Source of the DNA: Isoptericola halotolerans
GTDB lineage: Bacteria > Actinomycetota > Actinomycetes > Actinomycetales > Cellulomonadaceae
DNA: 64,000 nt
Assembly (NCBI RefSeq): GCF_013149785.1
Contig: NZ_JABEZU010000001.1
Coordinates: forward strand, 1,364,001 to 1,428,000
Direction: 5' to 3'
Shown here: piece after piece, positions 1-9,247 of the stretch
Position numbering within the stretch: position 1 is the first letter of the stretch
Layout: the number at the start of each line of letters is the position of its first letter
Notes under the pieces: generated by a model
Seen by the model: only the letters and a program-made list of their open reading frames with translations
Database searches by the model: none
What the model was told of the DNA's origin: nothing
Made by a program: the position numbers and the translations under genes

Positions 1-32
1 GCCGAGGAACGCGCGCGCCGAGGAGCCCGCCA

Positions 33-968
33 TCAGTCGAGCAGGTCGGAGAACAGGATGGTGGACAGGTAGCGCTCGCCGAAGCTGGGGATGATGACGA
101 CGATCGTCTTGCCCGCGTTCTCCGGGCGGGCGGCGACCTGTGCCGCGGCGGCGAGGGCCGCCCCGGACGAGATGCCCACGAGCAGGCCCTCCTCCTTGGC
201 GGCGCGCTTGGCCCACTCGACGGCGGTCTCGGCGTTGATGTCGATGACCTCGTCGTAGATCTCGGTGTCGAGGATCTCCGGGACGAAGTTCGCGCCGATG
301 CCCTGGATCTTGTGCGGGCCGGGGGCGCCGCCGTTGAGGATCGGGGACTCCTCCGGCTCCACGGCGATGATCTGGACCTCGGGCTTGCGCTCCTTGAGGA
401 CCTGGCCCACACCGGTGATGGTGCCGCCGGTGCCGATGCCGGCGACGACGATGTCGACCTCGCCGTCGGTGTCGGCCCAGATCTCCTCGGCGGTGGTCTC
501 GCGGTGGATCTTCGGGTTGGCCTCGTTGGCGAACTGGCGGGCCAGCACCGCGCCCTCGCGCTCGGCGGCGATCTTCTCGGCCGCGGCGACCGCGCCCTTC
601 ATGCCCTCCGCGCCCGGTGTCAGGACGAGCTCGGCACCGTAGGCGCGCAGCAGCGCCCGGCGCTCCTTGGACATGGTCTCCGGCATGGCGAGCACCACGT
701 TGTAGCCGCGGGCCGCGCCGACGAACGCGAGCGCGATGCCGGTGTTGCCCGAGGTGCCCTCGACGATGGTCCCGCCCGGCTTGAGGTCACCGGAGGCCTC
801 GGCGGCGTCGATGATCGAGACGCCGATGCGGTCCTTCACGGAGCTCGCGGGGTTGTAGAACTCGAGCTTGGCGGCGACGGTGGCCGAGGAACCCTCGGTG
901 AGGCGGTTGATCCGCACCAGCGGGGTGCGGCCGATGAGTTTCGTCGCGTCGTCGTAGATGGTGGCCAT
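33..968 (-). CDS. cysK: cysteine synthase A (O-acetylserine sulfhydrylase)
   Basis: PLP lysine motif SVKDRIG, TSGNTG, GTGGT, HKIQGIG, GERYLS; SD GAAGGA upstream. Confidence 0.97.
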   Translation of the reverse strand: MATIYDDATKLIGRTPLVRINRLTEGSSATVAAKLEFYNPASSVKDRIGVSIIDAAEASGDLKPGGTIVEGTSGNTGIALAFVGAARGYNVVLAMPETMSKERRALLRAYGAELVLTPGAEGMKGAVAAAEKIAAEREGAVLARQFANEANPKIHRETTAEEIWADTDGEVDIVVAGIGTGGTITGVGQVLKERKPEVQIIAVEPEESPILNGGAPGPHKIQGIGANFVPEILDTEIYDEVIDINAETAVEWAKRAAKEEGLLVGISSGAALAAAAQVAARPENAGKTIVVIIPSFGERYLSTILFSDLLD

Positions 969-1192
969 GAGTGTCAGTTCCTTCGTGGGTAGCGGTGATG
1001 CAGGGCTGGTGGAGCAGTGATGGTGCTGTCCGGGCCGACGTGTGCAGCGACCGAGCAGGACGCTCGAGCGCGGCGGCCGGCCCGACCGGGCGATCGCGCG
1101 GGCTGTCGTCGAGGTCGCGATGGGCGGTGGGGCGGGAGCGTCGCACGGTCGCCGCGACCCGGCGGGCGCGGGTCAGGCGTGGCGTGGACGCT

Positions 1193-1303
1193 CTACCGAC
1201 AGCGGCAGGCCGACATCGTCGCGGCACGCGCGGACGGGAGCGGCGACGTGCGAGGCTGGGTTCCGACGAGGAGCGGGGCACCGAAGGGGAGCGCGGTGGT
1301 CAT
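1193..1303 (-). CDS. putative Cys-containing leader peptide, 36 aa, MTTALPFGAPLLVGTQPRTSPLPSARAATMSACRCR
   Basis: Hand-translated; ATG preceded by GAGAGGAAGG; ends C-R-C-R-stop; lies between a promoter and cysK. Confidence 0.7.
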   Translation of the reverse strand: MTTALPFGAPLLVGTQPRTSPLPSARAATMSACRCR

Positions 1304-1380
1304 CGTGCCTTCCTCTCGGTCCTGCGGCAGCATCTGCTCGCGTCGGCGTTCGTGCAGGGCTGAACAGCCCTGCGGCGTCG

Positions 1381-1409
1381 AGCCTAACCACCAGCGGACA
1401 GATCGACAA
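1381..1409 (-). promoter_or_regulatory. sigma70-type promoter for the leader-cysK transcript
   Basis: TTGTCG (1404-1409) - 17 nt - TAGGCT (1381-1386) on the minus strand. Confidence 0.6.
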
Positions 1410-1462
1410 GATCGGTCTCACCGATCGAGAGAATCGATGAGTCGCAGCGGGGGCGCTGCTGC

Positions 1463-1505
1463 ACGGTGAAGGCCCCGACCCGCGATGGGTCGGGGCCTTC
1501 ACCGT
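1463..1505 (-). terminator. stem-loop terminator downstream of the LPMO gene
   Basis: Perfect 19-bp inverted repeat ACGGTGAAGGCCCCGACCC / GGGTCGGGGCCTTCACCGT, 5-nt loop. Confidence 0.75.
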
Positions 1506-1513
1506 CGAGCAGG

Positions 1514-2554
1514 TCAGGAGGCGGTGCACTCCGCGGAGAGGTCTCCCGGCTCGCCCGTGCCCAGGAAGCCGAACGAGGTCGAGGCTCCGGCCGCGAGCCG
1601 ACCGTTCCACGCGGCGTTCGAGACGGTGCTGCCGGAGACCGTCCCGTTCCATGCCTGGCTGATCACCGCTCCGTCGACGACGACGTCCCAGCCGTCGATC
1701 GCCGCGTCACCGGCAGTGACAGTGACGTCGGCCTGGTATCCACCGGACCACGCGCTGGTGACGGACACGTCGGCGGAGCAGTCGCCGGGGTCGCCGGGAT
1801 CCTCACCATCGCCGGGGTCGCCGGGGTCGCCGGGGTCACCCGGGTCGCCAGGGTCGGCGGGGCCGTCCCCGACGATGTCGTCGCCACCGATGTTGATGTC
1901 GGAGCACAGGTAGTAGGGCTGGTCGGCGTGGCTGGCCTGCCAGACGGTGTAGAGCACCGCCCGCCCGTCGTAGCCGGTCAGGTCGACCTCGGCCTGGTAC
2001 GGCGAGACGGTCGGGTAGGAGCCCGTCACCTGCAGCAGGTCGAGGTCGTCCCACCCGAGCCGCTCTGTCGTGGGGTCGAAGCTGGGCTTCGAGACGTAGA
2101 TCCGCAGGTAGTCGGCCCCGTGGTTGGCACCGTCGGTGAGGGTGAGCGTGAAGTGGTGGTCCACCCCGGTGGCGTACCAGCCGCCGGGCGTGTCCAGGTA
2201 GTCGTAGCGGCCGCCCTCTGTCTGCCCGCCGGAGCAGAGCTGACCGTCGGGGATGAGCTCTTCGTGCCGGTGGTTGATGCCCTCGTGGTAGAGGCCGTTC
2301 CAGTTCCACATGGCGGCCGGCTCCGCCTGCCAGGCTCCCCAGCACATCGGGTCGGCCTCGGCCATCGCCGGGTTGAGGTGGTCGGTGCCCCACCGCTCGA
2401 AGCAGCCGTAGTTGCGGGTGGGTGGGTCCGTGACCGAGCCGTGCGCGCTCGCCGGAGCGGCGCCCACGGTGGCGACGGTGACGAGCGCGAGCGGCGCGAT
2501 GAGGGCGGCAGCGGCGGCCATCGCCGCCCTGCGCCATCGGGACGTACGGGACAT
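1514..2554 (-). CDS. AA10 lytic polysaccharide monooxygenase with (DPG)n linker and C-terminal CBM2
   Basis: Signal peptide ending ASA followed by N-terminal His (HGSVTDPPTRNYGC); second His in NHGADY; WQASH...YYLCSD; CBM2 with Trp residues and SFGF; SD AGGAGG. Confidence 0.92.
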   Translation of the reverse strand: MSRTSRWRRAAMAAAAALIAPLALVTVATVGAAPASAHGSVTDPPTRNYGCFERWGTDHLNPAMAEADPMCWGAWQAEPAAMWNWNGLYHEGINHRHEELIPDGQLCSGGQTEGGRYDYLDTPGGWYATGVDHHFTLTLTDGANHGADYLRIYVSKPSFDPTTERLGWDDLDLLQVTGSYPTVSPYQAEVDLTGYDGRAVLYTVWQASHADQPYYLCSDINIGGDDIVGDGPADPGDPGDPGDPGDPGDGEDPGDPGDCSADVSVTSAWSGGYQADVTVTAGDAAIDGWDVVVDGAVISQAWNGTVSGSTVSNAAWNGRLAAGASTSFGFLGTGEPGDLSAECTAS

Positions 2555-2701
2555 CGGTGTCCTCCTGGTGCTCGTTCGGCGGCCGCTGCGCAGCAGCCCG
2601 GACACCAGTCATCACGCCACACGGGAGGCCGGGGGGCCACGGGCCGAAGCGTTTAGGGGCCCGGGGGAGGCGACGTCGTCCGCACGCGTCCCGGAAACAG
2701 T

Positions 2702-2737
2702 GAATCCCAGGCCGGCAGGACGCCGAGCCTGGGATTC
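2702..2737 (-). terminator. hairpin downstream of tRNA-Gly
   Basis: GAATCCCAGGC...GCCTGGGATTC inverted repeat. Confidence 0.6.
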
Positions 2738-2744
2738 GAGGGAG

Positions 2745-2815
2745 AGCGGGCGACGAGAATCGAACTCGCGTCATCAGTTTGGAAGACTGAGGCTTTACCA
2801 TTAAGCTACGCCCGC
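2745..2815 (-). tRNA. tRNA-Gly(TCC)
   Basis: GCGGGCG acceptor stem; anticodon arm TCAGT-CTTCCAA-ACTGA; GTTCGATTC T-loop; CCA not encoded. Confidence 0.96.
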
Positions 2816-2949
2816 GCGTGGCCAACGACGGCGCGCCGCTGGTGCGGTGCGTGCGTCGGAACGCGGGCGCCAGCCTAGCAAAGACTTCCGCGGTCTTCGT
2901 GGCACTACACTGTGCGCCGGGCCTGCCGTCCTCGGGCGGACAGGTACCA

Positions 2950-3026
<77 letters not shown>

Positions 3027-3064
3027 TGGGAAGGCGGGCCTGCGGCGTGCGGGCCGGCCTTGTG

Positions 3065-3568
3065 ATGTCGTCCCACGACGAGGATGCTGGTCGTGTGCGA
3101 CCCATCGAGTTCGAGCTCGAGCGCCTGGTCATGGCGCCGATCGACGAGGTGTTCGCGCGGATCATCGACATCGACGGGTACGACGACTGGCTGACCGGGA
3201 CGCAGAGCATGCTCGTGCAGACTCGACAGACCTCTGCCGGGGAGCCTGCTGTCGGCACGACCTTCGTCGACATCACCCGCCGGGGGACGATGCCCGGTGA
3301 GATCGCCGAGCTGGAGGCGCCCACGCTGGTCGTCTTCCACTGGTGGCAGCGGTCGGCGGCGGGCAGGACGGCCATCGAGGGCTGGCCGAGCTACCACCTC
3401 AGCCCGTCGGGCCACGACCAGACGGTGGTCCGGCATCGCGGCCGGCTGGAGCCGCACGGCATCTGGCTGCTCGGCGCTCCGGTCCTCCGGCGCATCGCCG
3501 TCAAGGAGCGCACCATCACGGTCGACGCGCTGCAGGCGTCCTTCGCCCGGGGTGCGCGCGCGGGCTAG
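3065..3568 (+). CDS. SRPBCC (START/polyketide cyclase-like) family protein
   Basis: APIDEVFARIID...W pattern, VGTTF, C-terminal helix. Confidence 0.75.
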   Translation: MSSHDEDAGRVRPIEFELERLVMAPIDEVFARIIDIDGYDDWLTGTQSMLVQTRQTSAGEPAVGTTFVDITRRGTMPGEIAELEAPTLVVFHWWQRSAAGRTAIEGWPSYHLSPSGHDQTVVRHRGRLEPHGIWLLGAPVLRRIAVKERTITVDALQASFARGARAG

Positions 3569-3871
3569 CACGAACCTGCCGTCATCCCGGTCGCGGCATC
3601 GCGCCTGCCGGGGCAGGCTGCTCGGTGGGGGCACCGAGCGGGGGAGACGCGTGAACGGATCCACGCAGGCGGAGGCCTGGATACCGGGCAGGGTGTCCGA
3701 GCGTCTCGCGCGCACTGAGCCCGCCCCGACCTGGCCCCCGACGAGGCCCCGACGAGGTGGACGACTCCTGACCGGCCCAGCGCCACGGACGCCGGGCGGT
3801 CCGTGCCGACGAGCAGGACAGGGGGAGGAGCTCAGCGCGCGGAACCTCTTCGCCGGTGCCATCGTGTGGCC

Positions 3872-5761
3872 ATGACAGCCCCGAAGCCGCCCGTAGACCG
3901 CATCGTCAGCCAGCAGCAGGCCGTCCTGGACAGCCTCCCGTTCTCCGACACGCAGGACTTCGAGGACGCCACCCGCGGGCTGATCGGCCGTCGGCAGCCG
4001 AACGTCGTCACGGCGGACGACGGCGCGGTGCTGTGGGACAACGACACGTACGACTTCCTCGACGGCGACGCGCCCGGCACGGTCAACCCGAGCCTGTGGC
4101 GCCAGTCCCGGCTCAACGCGATCGACGGGCTGTTCGAGGTCGTCCCCGGCATCTACCAGGTGCGTGGGATGGACCTGTCGGTCATCTCGTTCGTCGAGGG
4201 CGACGACGGCGTGATCGTCATCGACCCGCTGATCTCCGAGGAGACGGCGGCCGCCGCCATCAACCTCTATCGCGAGCACCGCGGGGACCGCCGCGTGACG
4301 GCGGTCATCTACTCGCACTCGCACGTGGACCACTTCGGTGGGGTCCGGGGCGTGGTCGACCAGGAGGACGTCGACGCGGGGCGTACCCAGGTGATCGCGC
4401 CGGCCGGGTTCGTCGAGCACGCCGTGGCGGAGAACGTCTACGCCGGTCCGGCGATGGCCCGCCGGGCCGGGTACATGTACGGCGCCGCGCTGGCCCGTGG
4501 TCCGCAGGCCCAGGTCGGCGCCGGTCTGGGGCAGACGACGTCGACGGGGACGGTGACGCTCATCCCCCCGACGCTCGAGATCACCGCCACGGGCGAGGAG
4601 CACGTCGTCGACGGCGTGCGGATCGTCTTCCAGATGGCGCCCGACAGCGAGGCGCCCTCGGAGATGCTGTTCTACTTCCCCGCTCACCGGGCGCTCTGTG
4701 CCGCGGAGGACGCGACCCACACGCTGCACAACCTGCTCACACTGCGTGGCGCCGTCGTCCGCGACCCGAACGCCTGGTCGAAGTACCTCACCGAGACCGT
4801 GGACCTCTTCGGGGACGACCTGGAGGTCGTCTTCGCCTCCCACCACTGGCCCACCTGGGGCCGGGAGCGGGCCGTGGGGTACCTGGAGAACCAGCGGGAC
4901 CTCTACGCCTACCTGCACGACCAGACGCTGCGGATGATCAACAAGGGCATGACCGGCCCGGAGATCGCGGAGGAGATCCGGCTCCCGCCGGCGCTGGAGG
5001 ACACCTGGAGCGCCCGTGGCTACTACGGGTCGGTGAGCCACAACGTCAAGGCGATCTACCAGCGGTACATGGGGTGGTTCGACGGGAACCCCGCTCATCT
5101 GTGGGAGCACCCGCCGGTGGAGCGGGCGAAGCGCTACGCGCGGCTCGCCGGCGGGGTCGACGCCCTGGTCGCCGACGCCCGTCAGGCATTCGAGGCCGGT
5201 GACCTGCGCTGGGCCGCGGAGGTCGCGAACCACGCCGTGTTCGCCGAGCCGGACCACGTCGAGGCACGCGAGGTGCTCGCCGACACCTACGAACAGCTCG
5301 GCTACGGCTCGGAGAACGGCACCTGGCGCAACTTCTACCTCTCGGGCGCCGCCGAGCTGCGGGACGGGCAGTTCGGCACCCCGACGGACACGAGCGCCAC
5401 CGACGTCATCGCCAACCTCTCCCCGGAGATGTTGTTCGACGCCATCGCCGTCCAGGTCAACGGCCCGCTGGCGTGGAACGAGCGGCTGAGCGTCGACGTG
5501 GTCCTGACCGACACCGGCAAGCGCTACCGCCTGCGGCTGGCGAACGGCGTGCTGACGTACAGCGCGGCGCCCCAGCGGGAGGAGGCCGCCGCCACGCTGA
5601 CGGGGACGACGAAGGCCCTGCCGGTGCTTGCGATGGGCGGCCTGGCTCCGGAGCAGCTCTCGGAGGTCGGCATCGAGATGAGCGGGGACCCAGGGGTGCT
5701 CGGCCGGCTCGTCGCGGTCCTGGAGCCCGGGGACAAGGACTTCGCGATCGTCACCCCCTGA
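3872..5761 (+). CDS. alkyl/aryl sulfatase (SdsA1/BDS1 type; metallo-beta-lactamase fold, dimerisation and SCP2-like domains)
   Basis: HSHVDH metal motif, NPSLWRQ, RGYYGS, WRNFYL. Confidence 0.93.
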   Translation: MTAPKPPVDRIVSQQQAVLDSLPFSDTQDFEDATRGLIGRRQPNVVTADDGAVLWDNDTYDFLDGDAPGTVNPSLWRQSRLNAIDGLFEVVPGIYQVRGMDLSVISFVEGDDGVIVIDPLISEETAAAAINLYREHRGDRRVTAVIYSHSHVDHFGGVRGVVDQEDVDAGRTQVIAPAGFVEHAVAENVYAGPAMARRAGYMYGAALARGPQAQVGAGLGQTTSTGTVTLIPPTLEITATGEEHVVDGVRIVFQMAPDSEAPSEMLFYFPAHRALCAAEDATHTLHNLLTLRGAVVRDPNAWSKYLTETVDLFGDDLEVVFASHHWPTWGRERAVGYLENQRDLYAYLHDQTLRMINKGMTGPEIAEEIRLPPALEDTWSARGYYGSVSHNVKAIYQRYMGWFDGNPAHLWEHPPVERAKRYARLAGGVDALVADARQAFEAGDLRWAAEVANHAVFAEPDHVEAREVLADTYEQLGYGSENGTWRNFYLSGAAELRDGQFGTPTDTSATDVIANLSPEMLFDAIAVQVNGPLAWNERLSVDVVLTDTGKRYRLRLANGVLTYSAAPQREEAAATLTGTTKALPVLAMGGLAPEQLSEVGIEMSGDPGVLGRLVAVLEPGDKDFAIVTP

Positions 5762-5763
5762 CG

Positions 5764-6111
5764 TCAGGAGGCGAGGACCAGGACCACCCCGCCCAGGCCC
5801 AGCAAGCACGTGCTGGCGCACACGACCGCGATGCGCCGGCCGTGCCGCAGTCGCGGGGTGGGTGCCTGGAGGTGCGCGTGGGTGTGGCGGGCGTGCTGCG
5901 CGGTGAACCACCACAGCGGAGGGGTGAGCACCAGCAGGACCGCGACGGAGACCGCGAGCGCCCGCGAACCCTGCACGGTGGGCAGGACCTGGGTGGTGAC
6001 CAGACTCGCTGCCATGAACGACAGCAGGGTGCGTCGCCAGGCCAGCGCGGTGCGCTCGGCGGCCACGCCCCGTTCGGCGGACGGGGTGGGCACGTCGGCC
6101 GGGTCGCTCAT
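5764..6111 (-). CDS. DUF202 membrane protein
   Basis: ERTALAWRRT motif; 3 TM segments; ATGA-coupled to the upstream paralog. Confidence 0.85.
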   Translation of the reverse strand: MSDPADVPTPSAERGVAAERTALAWRRTLLSFMAASLVTTQVLPTVQGSRALAVSVAVLLVLTPPLWWFTAQHARHTHAHLQAPTPRLRHGRRIAVVCASTCLLGLGGVVLVLAS

Positions 6112-6470
6112 CGCAGCATCAGCGCCAGCAGGACGAGCACTCCGACGGCGGTCACGGTCACGACGAGCACGAACCCGGTGATCGCTCCCGGCAGAGGGCT
6201 CTCCTCGCGCATGGCGCGCTCCGCGCGCGCCCACTCGACGGCGGCGACGACGGGTACCACCGACCCTGCGACGAGCAGCACCACGGCCGCCGCGAGGCGG
6301 AGCCGGGGCTCCAGGGGCAGGTCGAGGGCCTCCAGCGCGGTCCCGCCGGCAAGGAGCCCGAGCGCCGTGCGTATCCACGCGAGGAGGGTGCGTTCGTTGG
6401 CCAGGGAGAACCGGGCGTCAGGTTCGGTGCCCCGGGAGTACACCCATCGGGGGAAGCGTTCGGCGGTCAT
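6108..6470 (-). CDS. YidH/DUF202 membrane protein
   Basis: EPDARFSLANERTLLAWIRT motif. Confidence 0.9.
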   Translation of the reverse strand: MTAERFPRWVYSRGTEPDARFSLANERTLLAWIRTALGLLAGGTALEALDLPLEPRLRLAAAVVLLVAGSVVPVVAAVEWARAERAMREESPLPGAITGFVLVVTVTAVGVLVLLALMLR

Positions 6471-6546
6471 GGGTCGGACCGTCTCCTCTCGCAGGAACCG
6501 TCGCCGCCATCCTGGCACCTGCCGGACGGCGCGGCGCGGCGGCGAC

Positions 6547-7111
6547 ATGGGTGCGTCCACGGGCGTCGGCGGACCGCGGACCGGGTCGGCGTCGATGCTC
6601 GCGGAGGCGGTGCACTCGTGGGCGGACACCGACGAACGCCGTGCTGGCGTTCGTCCTGGAGGGTGCGTCCTTCGTGCGTGCCTGGCGCCAGGCACGCACC
6701 GAGGCCCGAGCGGTGCGGCGCGACGTCGTCCGGCACGTCGTGGTCACCTCCGACCCGAGGCTGCGCGCGGTGGTGCTCGTCGACCGCGACCGGCGGCTCC
6801 TCGTCGGGGAGGTCGCCCGGCCGGCCACCCGCGACGCGGTGCTCCGTCACCTGCTGACCCTCCCGCAGGTCGACCGGGTCACCTACCTGAGGATCGAGTT
6901 CGTCGGCCCGAGGTCCCCCTACCTCACCGCCAGCGTCGACCTGCGCGGTGACGAGCTCGAGGTCGAAGTCGCCCGGCACCTCGACGAGCTGGAGCGGGCC
7001 GTGGCGCGGCTGGAGGCGATCAGCGGAGCCGTGTTCACGGTCTCGACGCCGGAAGAACCTTCCCTGCGGGCCCCCGCGCCTTCCCGCCCCGGCGACGGTC
7101 CTCTGGCATGA
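6547..7111 (+). pseudogene. cation diffusion facilitator (CDF) transporter remnant with internal deletions and a frameshift
   Basis: TM2 motif GSASMLAEAVHSWADT in one frame; FVLEGASF...TSDPRLRAV and a C-terminal domain (RVTYLRIEFVGP) in another; most TM helices missing. Confidence 0.75.
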
Positions 7112-7152
7112 TCAGCCGCTGACCCGTCCGTCCCCTACCGACCAGGAGAGCC

Positions 7153-7542
7153 ATGACCACCCCGGACCCGAACACCCCGCAGCAGCAGCCGACGCCGCCG
7201 CCGGGCGGCTATCCCGCCGGGCCCCCGGCACCCGCCTACGGCCAGCCGCCGGTCGAGAACCCCGGCAAGACCCTGGGGATCGTCGGCCTGGTGCTCGGCT
7301 TCCTCGGCCCGCTGTCCCTGGTCGGCCTGATCCTGTCGATCGTCGGCCTGCGCAAGTCGAAGAAGGTCGGCCAGCCGAACGGCATCGCGATCGCCGGCAT
7401 CATCGTGAGCAGCCTGGTGCTGATCGGTGTCATCATCGGGTCGATCGCGCTCGGCCTGGGCCTGGCGCACGTGGTCGAGGTGTGCAACGACCTCGGCCCG
7501 GGCACCCATGTCCAGAACGGCGTCACCTACACCTGCGGCTGA
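7153..7542 (+). CDS. DUF4190-like membrane protein with Pro-rich N-terminus
   Basis: NPGKTLGIVGLVL, GLILSIVGL, NGIAIAGIIVS; SD AGGAG. Confidence 0.85.
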   Translation: MTTPDPNTPQQQPTPPPGGYPAGPPAPAYGQPPVENPGKTLGIVGLVLGFLGPLSLVGLILSIVGLRKSKKVGQPNGIAIAGIIVSSLVLIGVIIGSIALGLGLAHVVEVCNDLGPGTHVQNGVTYTCG

Positions 7543-7560
7543 GCCAGCCCTTCGCCCGGT

Positions 7561-7601
7561 CCACGGCCCGCCACGACGTCCTGCGTCGTGGCGGGCCGTG
7601 G
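7561..7601. terminator. bidirectional terminator hairpin between convergent genes
   Basis: Perfect 18-bp inverted repeat CCACGGCCCGCCACGACG / CGTCGTGGCGGGCCGTGG. Confidence 0.75.
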
Positions 7602-7605
7602 CGCG

Positions 7606-8562
7606 TCAGCGGGCGTCGACGAGAGCGGTGGCGTCGGCGTCGACGAGGTCGAAGGTGATCTGGGCCGCGGCCCAGGCGCCCTCGGCGGCGGCGGTCGAGA
7701 CCTGGGCGACCAGGTTGCCGGCGTTGCCGGCGACCCACACCCCGGGGACCGAGGTGCGTCCCGTCTCGTCGGCCACCACGTGCTCGCCCTGCCCGGAGGG
7801 GTGCGGGGCGACCTGCAGCCCGAGCTGGGCGACGACGTCGGCCCGGGCGCGCATCGTGGTGGCCACGGCGAGCGCGTCGAGCGCCACGGTGGAGCCGTCG
7901 TCGAGCAGGACGCCGGACAGGCGTCCGTCGTCCGAGGTGACCTCACGGACGGCGCCGGGCACGACGGTGACGCCGCGCACGGCGAGCTTGGCGGCGTCCT
8001 CCTCTGCCGGTACGGCAGCGGTGTGGCCCAGCAGCACGACCTGGTCGCTCCACTGGCTGAACAGCAGCGCCTGGCGGGCGGCGTGCGGGCCGGTCGCCAG
8101 GACGCCGATGCGTCGGTCGCGGACCTCGTAGCCGTGGCAGAAGGGGCAGTGCACGACGTCGCGGCCCCAGTGCTCGGCGAGGCCGGGCACGTCGGGCAGC
8201 TCGTCGCGCAGGCCGGTCGCCACGAGCAGGCGCCGGGACCGGGAGACCCTGCCGTCGTCGAGCGTCACCGCGAAGGGGTGGGTGCCGGCGTCGTCCCGGA
8301 CGACCTGGGCCACCTGTCCGTCCACGACGTGCCCGCCGACCGCACGGACCTCGGTGCGCCCGGTGGCGAGGAGCTCGGCGGGGGAGATGCCCTCCCGCCC
8401 GAGCAGCCCGTGGATCCCGACGGCGGGCGCGTTGCGCGGGTCGCCCGCGTCCAGGACGGCGACGCGCCAGCGTGCGCGCGCCAGGGTGAGTGCCCCGCTC
8501 AGCCCGGCGGCTCCGCCGCCGATCACGAGGACGTCGTAGGTGTTCTCGAGTGTGTCGCTCAT
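7606..8562 (-). CDS. thioredoxin reductase-like NAD(P)/FAD-dependent oxidoreductase
   Basis: GGGAAGL FAD motif, ATG, HCPFCHGYE CxxC, TSVPGVWVAGN. Confidence 0.9.
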   Translation of the reverse strand: MSDTLENTYDVLVIGGGAAGLSGALTLARARWRVAVLDAGDPRNAPAVGIHGLLGREGISPAELLATGRTEVRAVGGHVVDGQVAQVVRDDAGTHPFAVTLDDGRVSRSRRLLVATGLRDELPDVPGLAEHWGRDVVHCPFCHGYEVRDRRIGVLATGPHAARQALLFSQWSDQVVLLGHTAAVPAEEDAAKLAVRGVTVVPGAVREVTSDDGRLSGVLLDDGSTVALDALAVATTMRARADVVAQLGLQVAPHPSGQGEHVVADETGRTSVPGVWVAGNAGNLVAQVSTAAAEGAWAAAQITFDLVDADATALVDAR

Positions 8563-8629
8563 GGAACCCATCATGAGAACGACTCTCGACGCGCGCAACG
8601 CTCGTTGCCGCCGTGGCAAACTGGCGGAC

Positions 8630-9247
8630 ATGGCACACGAACAGACGGGGCCCGAGGGCGCCCTCGCCGCGATGCTGGGGACCGTCGGGCCGCGGCTACG
8701 GAGCCTGCGGACCGGACGGAAGGTCACCCTCGCGAACCTGTCCGGGCAGACCGGCATCTCCGTGAGCACCCTGTCCCGGCTCGAGTCCGGCCTGCGCCGG
8801 CCCACCCTCGAGCTGCTCCTGCCGCTCGCGCAGGCGTACGGGGTCACGCTCGACGACCTGGTGGACGCCCCGACGACCGGTGACCCACGGGTGCACCTGG
8901 ACCCCGTCACGGTCGACGGCGTGACCTACGTCCCGCTCACCCCGGGTGCGACGGAGATCGTCGCCTACAAGATGATCATCGAGCCCGGCGCCCGGAGCGG
9001 TCGGCCCGACCTGCGCACCCATGAGGGGTACGAGTGGTGCTACGTGCTCACCGGCCGGCTCCGCCTCGTCCTCGGGCACCGTGACCTCGTCATGGGCCCG
9101 GGGGAGGCCGCGGAGTTCGACACCCGGGTACCGCACTGGTTCGGACCGGCCGACGACGAGGCGGTCGAGCTGCTCAGCCTCTTCGGCGAGCAGGGACAGC
9201 GAACCCACACCCGGGTGCGGCCCCGGCGCCCCGCCCAGGAGCCCTGA
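8630..9247 (+). CDS. XRE-family HTH regulator with cupin sensor domain
   Basis: ISVSTLSRLESGLRRP HTH; HEGYEW and FDTRVPHW cupin motifs. Confidence 0.92.
   Translation: MAHEQTGPEGALAAMLGTVGPRLRSLRTGRKVTLANLSGQTGISVSTLSRLESGLRRPTLELLLPLAQAYGVTLDDLVDAPTTGDPRVHLDPVTVDGVTYVPLTPGATEIVAYKMIIEPGARSGRPDLRTHEGYEWCYVLTGRLRLVLGHRDLVMGPGEAAEFDTRVPHWFGPADDEAVELLSLFGEQGQRTHTRVRPRRPAQEP

Noticed and set aside
1770..1860. Tandem 9-bp repeats (GTCGCCGGG) resembling an array
   Set aside because: They encode the DPG linker of the LPMO and have no spacers, so this is not CRISPR.
3569..3871. Possible small gene or sRNA in the 300-bp gap before the alkyl sulfatase
   Set aside because: Only a short hairpin (GCTCGGTG/CACCGAGC) and CCCCGAC microrepeats; no convincing ORF or conserved structure.
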